A stretch of 25,641 nt of DNA from a virus (taxonomy: Duplodnaviria > Caudoviricetes), in the IMG/VR virus record IMGVR_UViG_3300011114_000118, positions 1 to 25,641 of that record; one strand, given 5' to 3'. The position numbers and the translations under genes are program-made. Below, piece after piece: positions 7,866-16,882 of the stretch (positions are counted from its first letter, which is position 1; every line of letters starts with the position of its first letter). Under the pieces are notes generated by a model. The model worked only from the letters and a program-made list of their open reading frames with translations, ran no database searches and had not been told where the DNA came from.

Positions 7866-9575
7866 CTACGCGCTAACGATTCCTGAAACTGCGCCGTTCC
7901 AAGCAGGAGCGGTGCAGAAGAATGTTCCACGGAAGTATGTGGAGAACTCATATGCGAACTGGGTTACAGGCCATTGAATGCCCATATAATCCTGAACCAT
8001 AAAGTTTGCCCATACATCGGAAACTTCTGTATCTGGAATTGGAAGTGTATAAGAAACAACAGGGCTTACGCCTTGTGGCAACCAAGGGTGAACAGTTAGA
8101 GGCACTAACTTGCCTGTAACTTCATTGTGTAGTCCACCAATAACTGCTCCACCAACATAATCGCCTGTTTCTGTTTGAGTTAGATTTAGACGGTAGTTAG
8201 CAGTTGCGCCGTTCTTGATTGAATCTGAGAGTTGCTTACGGTCTGCGCCGTTTAGGAAAATCTCATCTGGGTCAGCCTTTACAGAATCATATAGGCTAGA
8301 GAATACAACTTGATATTCATTGCCCGGATTTGATGTGCTAAAGGTTGAGTTAATAGCATTATTTTTACCAGAATTTGAACCCAAAACAGTTGGGAGAATT
8401 CCGTCATAGCCAGTTGCGTATGCAGAAGTATCTGTGGATGCGCGAGAAGCGGCGGCTCCTGATGTTGTAAAGGCGGCGTTATTACCAGTTAAACCAGTAG
8501 CAGATGCGCCTTGAATTGTGAATGTACCAGTTCCCTTTAGAGTTCCCTGATACTTCAAGTTTGCTGCGCCAGTTGCGGTTCCAACATAAATGTTATAACC
8601 AAGCGCTCCTGCAACTGCGGTGCCAACAGTAACTGTTAGAACATCGCCAGCTGCAACTACTTCGGAAACTTCAGTTCCAAGTATAGATTCACCAAAACCT
8701 GAACCAGAAATACCAGCATCAGCGGTGACATTGATGTAATAAGTGGTTGCGGCAAGAGCAGTTTGTCCTGCTCCTGCTACTGGTGAAGCCTTTGTAAATG
8801 TTGGAGCAGAAAGTGCGCCTGAATATCCTGATGCAGTTCCGCGTGCCATAAGCATCATACGCTCTTCCATCAACATTGTTGCGTAGAGAGTGCTAGTGCT
8901 TGATAGTTGGCGCAAATCTTGGTAACCAAGACCAGAGAAGTTTGCGTCAAATGAAACAGAATCAGATAGTGAATAAGAGTTGTATGGCAACACTAAATCA
9001 TCTGCGGCGTAAGAGATTTTTGGACCGCGTTCAAAGTTAATTGAACCAAATGCGGTTGTGGTGCTTTCTGTAATACCAGGCCAAGTTTGTCCAATTCCAC
9101 CTGTTCCTGTACCAGTGTATCCAAGGATACGCTTTACACGGTGTGAGGTGCCGACACCCTTCTTGCGTGGCAATTTATTGCGTAGCGGAGTTGGGCGTGG
9201 TGTTAGTAACTTGGAAGGTGCTTCTAGGTCAAAAGCAGCAAAAGATGTGCTTAGTGGGCTAGTTAGCGTAATATCTTTCTGAATATCCTGCATTGCAAGG
9301 CGTTGAGATGCTAGAGCATTGTTCAATGCGCCTACTGCATCAGGAGAAAGTGATTTGTTAGCGGCAAGTGCTTCAAGATTTGCTACTGGGTCGCCAGATG
9401 CTTGCGCAAATGTGGCTTTTCCAGCCTGAATAGCATTAATTGCCATTGGGTCGGTAACTGCTTGTGATACGGACTTATTGAGTTCGGATTTGAACTCTTC
9501 CATACGCACTGCGGCATCTTTTGAAGATGCTACATCACCAAATAGGTCAGTTACCTTTGGTGTGGCGATAGCCAT
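7866..9575 (-). CDS. Major capsid protein (probably HK97 fold) with N-terminal extension and inserted Ig/FN3-like domain
   Basis: 569 aa after the protease/scaffold gene; 'DLEAPSKLLTPRPTPLRNKLPR', 'YDGILP', 'VHPWLPQG'; GAAAGG RBS; followed by a hairpin. Confidence 0.88.
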   Translation of the reverse strand: MAIATPKVTDLFGDVASSKDAAVRMEEFKSELNKSVSQAVTDPMAINAIQAGKATFAQASGDPVANLEALAANKSLSPDAVGALNNALASQRLAMQDIQKDITLTSPLSTSFAAFDLEAPSKLLTPRPTPLRNKLPRKKGVGTSHRVKRILGYTGTGTGGIGQTWPGITESTTTAFGSINFERGPKISYAADDLVLPYNSYSLSDSVSFDANFSGLGYQDLRQLSSTSTLYATMLMEERMMLMARGTASGYSGALSAPTFTKASPVAGAGQTALAATTYYINVTADAGISGSGFGESILGTEVSEVVAAGDVLTVTVGTAVAGALGYNIYVGTATGAANLKYQGTLKGTGTFTIQGASATGLTGNNAAFTTSGAAASRASTDTSAYATGYDGILPTVLGSNSGKNNAINSTFSTSNPGNEYQVVFSSLYDSVKADPDEIFLNGADRKQLSDSIKNGATANYRLNLTQTETGDYVGGAVIGGLHNEVTGKLVPLTVHPWLPQGVSPVVSYTLPIPDTEVSDVWANFMVQDYMGIQWPVTQFAYEFSTYFRGTFFCTAPAWNGAVSGIVSA

Positions 9576-9603
9576 TTTTTTCCTTTCGTAAAGAGTTGGT
9601 TAA

Positions 9604-10344
9604 TTATTTGGCTTGAATTGCTTTGGCTTTGAGTTCAGCATCTTCTGCTAACTCGCGATAGCCCCGAGCCAAATCGGTATCGCTAGTTTGTGTGGCTTTG
9701 ACGCGATATTCGGCTGCTTTAGCCAAGTATCCGCCTAATTCAGCAATATCAGTTTTGATAACTGAACGCTTTGGACCACCTGCTACTGCTTTTGTTTTTG
9801 CCGTTGCTAGTTCAGTCTGTAACTTATTAACTTCCTCTTTGTAGGAGTTAATCTCATTAGTTACCGCATCTTTAGCACTCTTTACGGCTTTTTCAATGAT
9901 GGCAGTAATTGTCTTTTCAGACAAATCCTCATCATCTGAGGAATCTTCTTCAATAATTGTGCCAATTTCTTCTGTTACTGGCTCTGGAATAATTGTGCTC
10001 TTTGGAGTTTCAGTTGGTGAAACCATAGTGGCAGTTGTAACATCATCTGCGCCGTGGCTATTTGCTGGTTGATGACAACCGCACTCTAAACATTTTTCAG
10101 TTGTTTCAGCAGATTTGCCTTCGGCTTCTTCAACTTCTTCTTGTGCGGCGGTTGGCTTACTACCCTCTTCGGTTTCTTCCTCAGCACTTTCACCATATTG
10201 GGCTTTTAGTTCTTCATCAGAACATCCCACTTCTTTGCACATTTTTTCTGCTTCTTTATACATTTTATGTGCTTCTTTAAGTCTTTCCAATAATTCTTCC
10301 TTAGACGGCTTCTCTGAAACCGCTTTATCTTCTTCTTGTTCCAT
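9604..10344 (-). CDS. Probable nested in-frame scaffolding protein (246 aa, internal start at Met174)
   Basis: TAAAGGAG-aatat-ATG shortly after the end of the protease domain, in frame. Confidence 0.55.
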   Translation of the reverse strand: MEQEEDKAVSEKPSKEELLERLKEAHKMYKEAEKMCKEVGCSDEELKAQYGESAEEETEEGSKPTAAQEEVEEAEGKSAETTEKCLECGCHQPANSHGADDVTTATMVSPTETPKSTIIPEPVTEEIGTIIEEDSSDDEDLSEKTITAIIEKAVKSAKDAVTNEINSYKEEVNKLQTELATAKTKAVAGGPKRSVIKTDIAELGGYLAKAAEYRVKATQTSDTDLARGYRELAEDAELKAKAIQAK

Positions 10345-10863
10345 ATATTCTCCTTTAACGGTTTCAGCCTCAATTAGTTCCTCAACTTGAACCAAGTTAT
10401 TGGCATTGTCGGACTTTGCCAACATTAATTTGGCATTTGGGTTTGCTGGTCTATCAACCAACGACACTTCCACAATTTGTCCATCAATAATGCGACCATT
10501 AGCCGCCTTACTATCACGCACAATTCTTGGTGCGCGAATTCCTATGCTAAACCCTTTAAGCACTCCCGTTTCTACTTTTTTAACCGATACTGGGTCCACA
10601 ACTAATGCAGAAATATAATGTCCATCATTTGTGCTATTTAATTCTTTAGCAACACCTGCCGCAATATTGCTATGTTGTTCTCTGATATTGCCGCCAGTTT
10701 TGAACCATTCTGGCATTGCTTTTTCTAACCAAGCGGAATCACAAATTTGTTGGTCAATATCTACTGAATCATCAGTTGCTTTTCCATAAACTAATAATGT
10801 ACCGTCATCTTGCTTTTCTTGCTTAATAATACTGGCATAAGTAGTTGCCATATTTAGTGCCAT
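9604..10863 (-). CDS. HK97-type prohead protease fused to an acidic/coiled-coil scaffold region
   Basis: 'IREQH', 'GVLKGFSIG', 'EVSLVDRPANPNA' protease motifs; C-terminal coiled coil; CxxCxC motif in the linker. Confidence 0.9.
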   Translation of the reverse strand: MALNMATTYASIIKQEKQDDGTLLVYGKATDDSVDIDQQICDSAWLEKAMPEWFKTGGNIREQHSNIAAGVAKELNSTNDGHYISALVVDPVSVKKVETGVLKGFSIGIRAPRIVRDSKAANGRIIDGQIVEVSLVDRPANPNAKLMLAKSDNANNLVQVEELIEAETVKGEYMEQEEDKAVSEKPSKEELLERLKEAHKMYKEAEKMCKEVGCSDEELKAQYGESAEEETEEGSKPTAAQEEVEEAEGKSAETTEKCLECGCHQPANSHGADDVTTATMVSPTETPKSTIIPEPVTEEIGTIIEEDSSDDEDLSEKTITAIIEKAVKSAKDAVTNEINSYKEEVNKLQTELATAKTKAVAGGPKRSVIKTDIAELGGYLAKAAEYRVKATQTSDTDLARGYRELAEDAELKAKAIQAK

Positions 10864-10899
10864 CTAGTTATCCTTTTCGCTTGTAACATAATAATACCA

Positions 10900-11178
10900 T
10901 TAAAGTGTCCAGAGAAGGCAGACTTTGGAAGATGATGCCGATATAGCCCAAATTTGTTCTCCGCCATTTAGTTCCATATTCAAATGTTGTCCATTATCCA
11001 AGTTAAAACCCTCTAAATCACCCGAAACAGTTACTGTGGCATCTCCTAGATAAACCTTACTGCCGCCTTCATTATCAATATACAAATTGATTCTGCCATA
11101 AGTTGTAGGCGCTTGAAATAATAACTTTGCTGATGTGCCTATTGTTACTGTGCTATGCCCTACTTGCGGTTGTGCCAT
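10900..11178 (-). CDS. Hypothetical small beta-sandwich virion protein (possible capsid decoration)
   Basis: 92 aa, all-beta pattern ('VTIGTSA', 'IDNEGGSKVYLG', 'IWAIS'); TAATG-coupled to the gpF-like gene. Confidence 0.65.
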   Translation of the reverse strand: MAQPQVGHSTVTIGTSAKLLFQAPTTYGRINLYIDNEGGSKVYLGDATVTVSGDLEGFNLDNGQHLNMELNGGEQIWAISASSSKVCLLWTL

Positions 11179-12026
11179 TAGTCGTAATCATCTCCCAATA
11201 TCATAGATAAAGCATCTTCACCAATATCTCGCGTATCCGTAACATATGGTGCCAAATCACAAACGCAATTTGGATGTGCTGGTGGTTCCGTATCTCCGCT
11301 AGGAAATGTATCGTCAATACGGATAGGTGATACATCGGCATTCTCTTGGCAAATATCGCAAGGGTCTGCTACTAACCACTCTACCAGTTCCACGCCACTT
11401 TCTTCATATAATTGCCTAGAAGCCGCCGTAACGGCACGGCTCATTTCTGTTTGGGCAATAGTTAAAGCACGGTCATTATCATCATCTATCGTGTCGGCTA
11501 TTTCTTCCTTAATATCACTAGGAGTCCAGCCGTTTTCTAATCCTCTAGCCAATATTGTGCCTATGCGGTCAAGCGTTGTGCGATTTATACCTTGAATTGT
11601 TACGCCACGATTATCTAATAAAGTGCTTAACCCGCGTGGCTTGCGCACTAATAAAGCGGCAGGTTTATTACCTGCTTTCCAAGTATCCCAATTTATGCCT
11701 ATTGCTTGTTGTAGTTGGCGTAAAGTTGGCGCTTTAGATATACGCGCTTTGGCTATTGCGCTCATTGCCATATCTTCACCCAAAGCATATGCTTCCAATA
11801 ACATATTAAATAATGCCGAGCGTAACGCTTCGTCATTTGTGCGCACATTTGTAATAGCCCATTGTCTGGCTTCTTGCGATGTAATGCTTTGAAAATTCAT
11901 AGCCACAAAATCATCCACTGCTTGTTCTGTGCTAAATGATTGATTAATGCCTTCTCGGATTAATTTAGCGCGCCGTGCGGCTAATCTAACCTTTGCGCCG
12001 TTTCGTTTTTTCCACGCGCGATTCAT
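11178..12026 (-). CDS. Minor head / head morphogenesis protein (Mu gpF, SPP1 gp7 family)
   Basis: 'RALTIAQTEMSRA', 'W...DPCDIC', 'PPAHPNCVC'; follows portal. Confidence 0.9.
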   Translation of the reverse strand: MNRAWKKRNGAKVRLAARRAKLIREGINQSFSTEQAVDDFVAMNFQSITSQEARQWAITNVRTNDEALRSALFNMLLEAYALGEDMAMSAIAKARISKAPTLRQLQQAIGINWDTWKAGNKPAALLVRKPRGLSTLLDNRGVTIQGINRTTLDRIGTILARGLENGWTPSDIKEEIADTIDDDNDRALTIAQTEMSRAVTAASRQLYEESGVELVEWLVADPCDICQENADVSPIRIDDTFPSGDTEPPAHPNCVCDLAPYVTDTRDIGEDALSMILGDDYD

Positions 12027-12033
12027 TTAGTGC

Positions 12034-13845
12034 CTATGCCAAATAGCGTTCAGCATACCAGCGTGCGCTATCGTAATCGGCTACTGATACAAATTTATTC
12101 AAAACATCGGCGTAAATAACTGGCACGGCTTGAAAACGGAAACTACGCGTGGGTGATTTGCCAAGCCATTTGATAAATTGTTTTAATTCTTTCTGTACAG
12201 ATTTTTCTTCATTTTGTACATCTGATTCTATCGGTGCCAATTCTGGCGTAATAGTTGCTTCCCCATCTTCCGTTACTAACACATTTTCATTAATGGCTTT
12301 CAATCCGCTATCTGTAACTAAATAAGCACCAGCCCCAGCAACCAATATAGGCATATCTGCTTCTGGTGCTTCAATAAGTGATAAACCAGCGCGTGAGCGT
12401 GCTTCGTTAAGCGTTAAAGTGCCTGATTTGATATTTATATCCGTGGTGCGAGCAAGTTGTTCTGTATCTTCACGCCCACTTTCCATAAACTTAAATTCTA
12501 ATTCGCGTGGCATACCTAAGAACATATAAGACAAATGGCTAATCATTTTGCCTATCCAGTTAGCCAAAGGAAGCGCACCTAATACATCTCCCGTTTCAAT
12601 TTGCCCGTCTTGCCAACCCGCGCCACCTAATCCGCCATCAGGACTAAATCCAATTTCAGCAGGTGTTACGCCATAATGACCGCAAATGCTATTTACCAAA
12701 TAATCATCCAGAGTGCTCTTAAATCTTTCACCATATCCATCAAATTGAATTGGTGTCATACCTGCTGGTAATAAACGAACACGCTTGCGTTGTTCTGTTT
12801 GACCTGCCAAATCACTATTGAAAATGTTTTCGTAAGCGCGTAACAAGTCTGGGTTATTGCCAAAATTAGCATCTGTTTGCATTAATAATTCTGGCGTAAC
12901 GCCATCGGTATATTCTGCACGAAGCCATTGCTGACGGCGTAAATAAATATCTGCTAGTGGTAGTGCTCTCTCAGTTGGTGAGTAACCATATACGCTAGTT
13001 GTTCTACGATTACGAACAAAATAAGCCAATTCATCACTTGTAAATTCACCATCCGCTTTTTCGTTTTCATCAGGTGCAGAAAACTCTGAGCGTGGGAAGC
13101 CGTATAGAATTTGTTGATATGCAGAAAATGGTGGCGTAGGGCGCATTCCTCTATCATCAATAAGTGGCTTAATTGTTGAACCATCCAAAATTTGTAAGCC
13201 ATTTAATTTATCGCCTACGGTCATTTGAGGCCATATTGCCCACGCATCTAGCACTAATATTTCTTCTAATGCAATATTTAGCCAATCGTAAAATAATAAT
13301 CCGTTGCCTTTATCTGGTTGTTCCCAAAATTGCCTAACTCGGTTAATATCTTCGGTGTATTTTTCTCTAGCAGAAGCCATTGCTCTAACGCGTGAGCCAC
13401 CAATTTCAGTAATTAACTTTTCAGCACTATCTTCGCCTAAAGTAATATCCCAATTATAACCAAGTATTTTTGCTTTTTGCACTTCAATACATCTACGCAA
13501 AATATCAATTTGGTCTGCCGCCGCCCGTAAAGTTCTAAATGGAACTAAACGCGTTTCAGTTATATTTATATTTTGCGCTACTTGAAATTCATAACGCCTT
13601 GGGTCTGGTCTGCCATCATTTGCGCGTGGTGGATTTATTGCGCCCGGAATAATTGGCTGACCTGGTGCAAATGGAACACCAGCAAGATTTGGTGCGCGTT
13701 CTAGTGGAACGCTTTGACCATAACTTGTGTTTGCGCCAGTTTGACGCATTTGTTGTTCTGTTACGGTGATAGCGCCAGATGGGAGATTTGGTGCCTTTAC
13801 AATCTCCTTGGCTACTCGCTCCGCAAATCGGTCAATAAGACCCAT
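12034..13845 (-). CDS. Portal protein
   Basis: 603 aa; 'LDGSTI', 'YGYSPTE', 'ICGHYGVTPAEIG', 'TLNEARSRAGL' HK97-like portal motifs; AGGAGG RBS. Confidence 0.92.
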   Translation of the reverse strand: MGLIDRFAERVAKEIVKAPNLPSGAITVTEQQMRQTGANTSYGQSVPLERAPNLAGVPFAPGQPIIPGAINPPRANDGRPDPRRYEFQVAQNINITETRLVPFRTLRAAADQIDILRRCIEVQKAKILGYNWDITLGEDSAEKLITEIGGSRVRAMASAREKYTEDINRVRQFWEQPDKGNGLLFYDWLNIALEEILVLDAWAIWPQMTVGDKLNGLQILDGSTIKPLIDDRGMRPTPPFSAYQQILYGFPRSEFSAPDENEKADGEFTSDELAYFVRNRRTTSVYGYSPTERALPLADIYLRRQQWLRAEYTDGVTPELLMQTDANFGNNPDLLRAYENIFNSDLAGQTEQRKRVRLLPAGMTPIQFDGYGERFKSTLDDYLVNSICGHYGVTPAEIGFSPDGGLGGAGWQDGQIETGDVLGALPLANWIGKMISHLSYMFLGMPRELEFKFMESGREDTEQLARTTDINIKSGTLTLNEARSRAGLSLIEAPEADMPILVAGAGAYLVTDSGLKAINENVLVTEDGEATITPELAPIESDVQNEEKSVQKELKQFIKWLGKSPTRSFRFQAVPVIYADVLNKFVSVADYDSARWYAERYLA

Positions 13846-13858
13846 TTTTGCCTCCTAA

Positions 13859-15355
13859 TTAGCCGTGAACAACTACGCGATATTGATTACTGGTCGGTGC
13901 TACGCTGAACAATACAGTAATAGCCGAGGTGCTTGTGTGTTGAACATCGCAAACAACTTCGGCATACGGGCTGGAATTATCATATACGGCAACAGTTACA
14001 TCTCTTGTGTTAAGACTATGTGTAACTGTGTAAGTAGTAGCAGTTCCATCGCCAACGCTTACGGCATATTTGCGAACGGCAATGGCAGTATCAAGAGCAA
14101 AACCTGTTGCTCCAACAGTTAATCCACCATTTGATACAACTACGCCAGTAAAGTTTGTGCCAGTTAAAAGAACGCCGTTGCTTGCAGTATAAGTTCCAGC
14201 ACCGCTAAACTGTTGAAATATAATCGGGTCAGTTCCGACTGTATTTACTTCATCAATATTTACCCAACCAGTATTAGCAAGTGTTGAACCTGCATCTACG
14301 AAAGTAAAATCTCCGCCAGCAATTTCTGCGGCAGTATCAAAGTCAGTTGCGCGAGTTAGCACCCAGTTAGTTGAACCGCTACCCACAGTTGTAAGTGTGT
14401 AGATACCATTTTCAAAAGTATTGGTCTGATTCTTAACAAGAATACGAGCACTTGCACTAGGGCTTACGCCATCTACGCTAAATGCCGCCTGAGTTCCAGC
14501 GTTAGTAAGTGTTGCACCTACGCCAGCAGTTCCGTTACTGTAAGTAGCATTTAGATTAGCAGTAGTTGCGGCATAAGAAGCAGCGTGAATATTTAAGCCT
14601 TGCGCAACATCATCTACATATTGTTTGTTTGCGGCATCTGTTGATGCTACTGGCGTAGCAACGCTAGTAAGTTTGTAATTGCCAAGGGAAACATCGGCAG
14701 TAGGAACGGCAAGTGCTGATAAATTAATTAATGCGTGAGCCGCGTTATCGTGAGCAGGAGTTCCGTGCGTATGGTCAGCGCGAGCAACGCTAGTGCTACT
14801 ACCATTACCTGATGCTGACCCAAATGAAGTTTGTGCAGTTACGCCACCAAAAGAAGGCATTGCGTGGCTATGGTCATCACGCGAAGGTGCGGTTCCAGTT
14901 CCAGCAGAAGCAGAACCACCAATAGAAAGAGATGATGGCGTTGCATTACTTAATGACGGTGTGCCGTGAGTATGGTCTGCTCTTGCATAATCATTAGATG
15001 AACCATTACCACTAGATGCGCCGTAAGTTGTTTGAGAAGTTACTGAACCAAAGTTAGATATTTGCGCCCAAGTTGAACCATCATCAAAATAAAGCAATTG
15101 ACGGTCTGTTGCATAATACAAACGACCTGCTTCTGATGCCGCTGGTCTTGCCGCAAAAGTTCCGTAAGTTACTTGCGCATTTGCTTGCGTGCTTTCCCAA
15201 GTTGTGCCATTGTAAAAATAAAGTTCATTATCGGCAGTATCAAAATAGATTTGACCTAATACTGGCGATGCTGGCGCCGTGCCTAAGTTTTGAATTACTG
15301 CATTTTGTAATTCGTTTTTGTTTAAATCAATACTCACTAAAAATTTACGCGCCAT
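13859..15355 (-). CDS. Fibre-like structural protein with HxH repeats
   Basis: 498 aa, Thr/Ser/Gly-rich; three RxDHxH repeats; 'TDAANKQYVD'; 'RILVKNQT...ENGIY...LTRATD' fibre module; C-terminal 'THSLNTRDV' beta domain. Confidence 0.75.
   Translation of the reverse strand: MARKFLVSIDLNKNELQNAVIQNLGTAPASPVLGQIYFDTADNELYFYNGTTWESTQANAQVTYGTFAARPAASEAGRLYYATDRQLLYFDDGSTWAQISNFGSVTSQTTYGASSGNGSSNDYARADHTHGTPSLSNATPSSLSIGGSASAGTGTAPSRDDHSHAMPSFGGVTAQTSFGSASGNGSSTSVARADHTHGTPAHDNAAHALINLSALAVPTADVSLGNYKLTSVATPVASTDAANKQYVDDVAQGLNIHAASYAATTANLNATYSNGTAGVGATLTNAGTQAAFSVDGVSPSASARILVKNQTNTFENGIYTLTTVGSGSTNWVLTRATDFDTAAEIAGGDFTFVDAGSTLANTGWVNIDEVNTVGTDPIIFQQFSGAGTYTASNGVLLTGTNFTGVVVSNGGLTVGATGFALDTAIAVRKYAVSVGDGTATTYTVTHSLNTRDVTVAVYDNSSPYAEVVCDVQHTSTSAITVLFSVAPTSNQYRVVVHG
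14730..15052 (-). repeat. Internal coding repeats (FG.VT.QT..G..SGNGSS...ARADHTHGTP x2, plus SRDDHSH)
   Basis: Visible in the translation; the DNA copies differ at many synonymous positions. Confidence 0.8.
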
Positions 15356-15358
15356 TTA

Positions 15359-15805
15359 TTACATACCACCTAACATAAGAGAAGGAGCGAAACTGCTTGC
15401 TTCAATTGTTACCGAACCACCAAGAGATACCGAAGTGCCGTTAATTGTGATGGCACTATTAGTCAAACTACTATTACCAATTGCAGTAAGCGTATTAGTA
15501 GAACCGCTTATAGATTTATTAGTAAGTGTTTGACTTCCAGTTAGCGTTGCTACGGTTGAGTCAATTGAAAGTGTAACTGTGCCTGATGTGCCGCCTCCTG
15601 ATAAACCTGAACCTGCGGTAACGCCTTCTATATCGCCTACGCCTAATACATATGCTAAAGAATTCCAAGCAGTAGAACCATCACCAATTTTGCCTTTTTT
15701 AGTATCGGTTTCAAAACCCCATTCGCCAGAAGCAAGAGTTGGATTAGCAGAAGTCCATTGTGATGCCGTTCCGCGCCGTATTTGTATTTGTGTAACTACT
15801 GGCAT
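15359..15805 (-). CDS. Fibre protein with Mtd-N / hyaluronidase-N-like domain
   Basis: 'IQIRRGTASQW...NPTLASGEWGFETDT...KIGDG..AWNSL.Y' is the signature of this N-terminal domain; 'QTLTNK' repeat; ends SLMLGGM. Confidence 0.82.
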   Translation of the reverse strand: MPVVTQIQIRRGTASQWTSANPTLASGEWGFETDTKKGKIGDGSTAWNSLAYVLGVGDIEGVTAGSGLSGGGTSGTVTLSIDSTVATLTGSQTLTNKSISGSTNTLTAIGNSSLTNSAITINGTSVSLGGSVTIEASSFAPSLMLGGM

Positions 15806-16056
15806 TATGGAGTTCCTCCGTCATATGTTTGTGTTGCCGTGCTTGTTGGGTTGCCACCATTATACGGTGCAATACTATCAAATACTCCGCCGTCAATTTC
15901 TGTAATTGCTGGGGCGACACTTTCCCACGCTGACCCCGTATAAACTTTTAATCCTGATGATGTGTTGTAATACAAATCGCCCGCACGAAGCGTAGGTGTA
16001 TTTATATCCGTAGCACTAGCAGGAACATTTGTGGGAGTTAAGGCTAATCTGCTCAT
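15805..16056 (-). CDS. Small fibre-module protein
   Basis: 83 aa; 'GDLYYNT...LKVYTGSAW' fibre motif followed by IDGG/NGG/YDGG repeats; coupled at both ends. Confidence 0.7.
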   Translation of the reverse strand: MSRLALTPTNVPASATDINTPTLRAGDLYYNTSSGLKVYTGSAWESVAPAITEIDGGVFDSIAPYNGGNPTSTATQTYDGGTP

Positions 16057-16337
16057 ATTACATACGCCGTTCCAGTAAAGGCGCTACTAAAAGTAATCAC
16101 CATTTGATTACCCGATGGGTAAGAAAATGTGCCTTCACATTGCGTTCCTGCGCTATCTAACACTACGGCAGTTGGGTTGCCGTTTAGATTATGATTAATT
16201 GTCCATACGGCACTAGCAACTGCTTGCGTATGAACATAAAATACGGAACCTGCCGCACCCGATGGGCCTTGCGGTCCCGGTGCTGATACTGTGATAACTG
16301 GAACAACTGGTTTAATTACAATTAAATCATCAGCCAT
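16053..16337 (-). CDS. Small structural protein with short collagen-like repeat and 'HNL' beta domain
   Basis: 94 aa; GPQGPSGAAG; 'WTINHNL...P...V.D..G'. Confidence 0.72.
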   Translation of the reverse strand: MADDLIVIKPVVPVITVSAPGPQGPSGAAGSVFYVHTQAVASAVWTINHNLNGNPTAVVLDSAGTQCEGTFSYPSGNQMVITFSSAFTGTAYVI

Positions 16338-16882
16338 TATCTTGTCACCTCTGCCGATACTACAATTTGTCCTTGTGCCAACCGAGTAACAACGCTAGTT
16401 GGGTTAGTGATTTCAATATCGTAATAATAAATACCTTCATCAATATTTGCAGTTTGATTAGCCGTTGCGCGAACCGCAAATAAACCATTAGTGGTGCCTA
16501 CTGTGATACCACTAGAACTTGTTAAAGATAATACCGTAGTTGGACTTTCTGGCAAAGAGCGTAATTGTAATGCCGCCGTATAACCAGTTACATTTACGGG
16601 CGCATATGCAATACCGCCATTAATATAAGTGCCAGTTGCCGCATTTAATACTGTAAATTGAGAACCCGTTGCAGCATTTACTAATACGCTTTGCAGATTA
16701 TAAGTAGATGGATTAACGCCAGTTATGCTTACTTTTTGTGCCGCACTAAAACCATTTACGGCAGTATAAGTAACTGTCGTTCCATTAGCAGTTATATTTG
16801 TAATTTCGGCTGGTTGATTATAAACAAAATTAACATACCAATCCGAACCTTGGTCTATTGTTAAGTTATAAGTAACTGCCAT
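16337..16882 (-). CDS. Putative fibre adaptor (BppU/LtfC-like Ig fold with inserted beta domain)
   Basis: 181 aa; 'YNLTIDQGSDW', 'GYTAALQLR', 'YYDIEI', 'RLAQGQIVVSAEVTR'; TAATG-coupled to TerL. Confidence 0.6.
   Translation of the reverse strand: MAVTYNLTIDQGSDWYVNFVYNQPAEITNITANGTTVTYTAVNGFSAAQKVSITGVNPSTYNLQSVLVNAATGSQFTVLNAATGTYINGGIAYAPVNVTGYTAALQLRSLPESPTTVLSLTSSSGITVGTTNGLFAVRATANQTANIDEGIYYYDIEITNPTSVVTRLAQGQIVVSAEVTR

Noticed and set aside
10870-10905. Possible extended -10 promoters (TGGTATTAT here; TGCTATATT before terS; TATAAT near 4900)
   Set aside because: Short AT-rich matches without a properly spaced -35; cannot be distinguished from chance.
12954-13202. 82-aa alternative-frame ORF inside portal
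   Set aside because: No RBS or motif; most likely a chance open frame.
13859-15805. Diversity-generating retroelement, suggested by the Mtd-N domain and repeated segments
   Set aside because: No reverse transcriptase, no C-type lectin tip and no TR/VR pair with adenine-specific mismatches; the repeats differ at synonymous sites of all bases.
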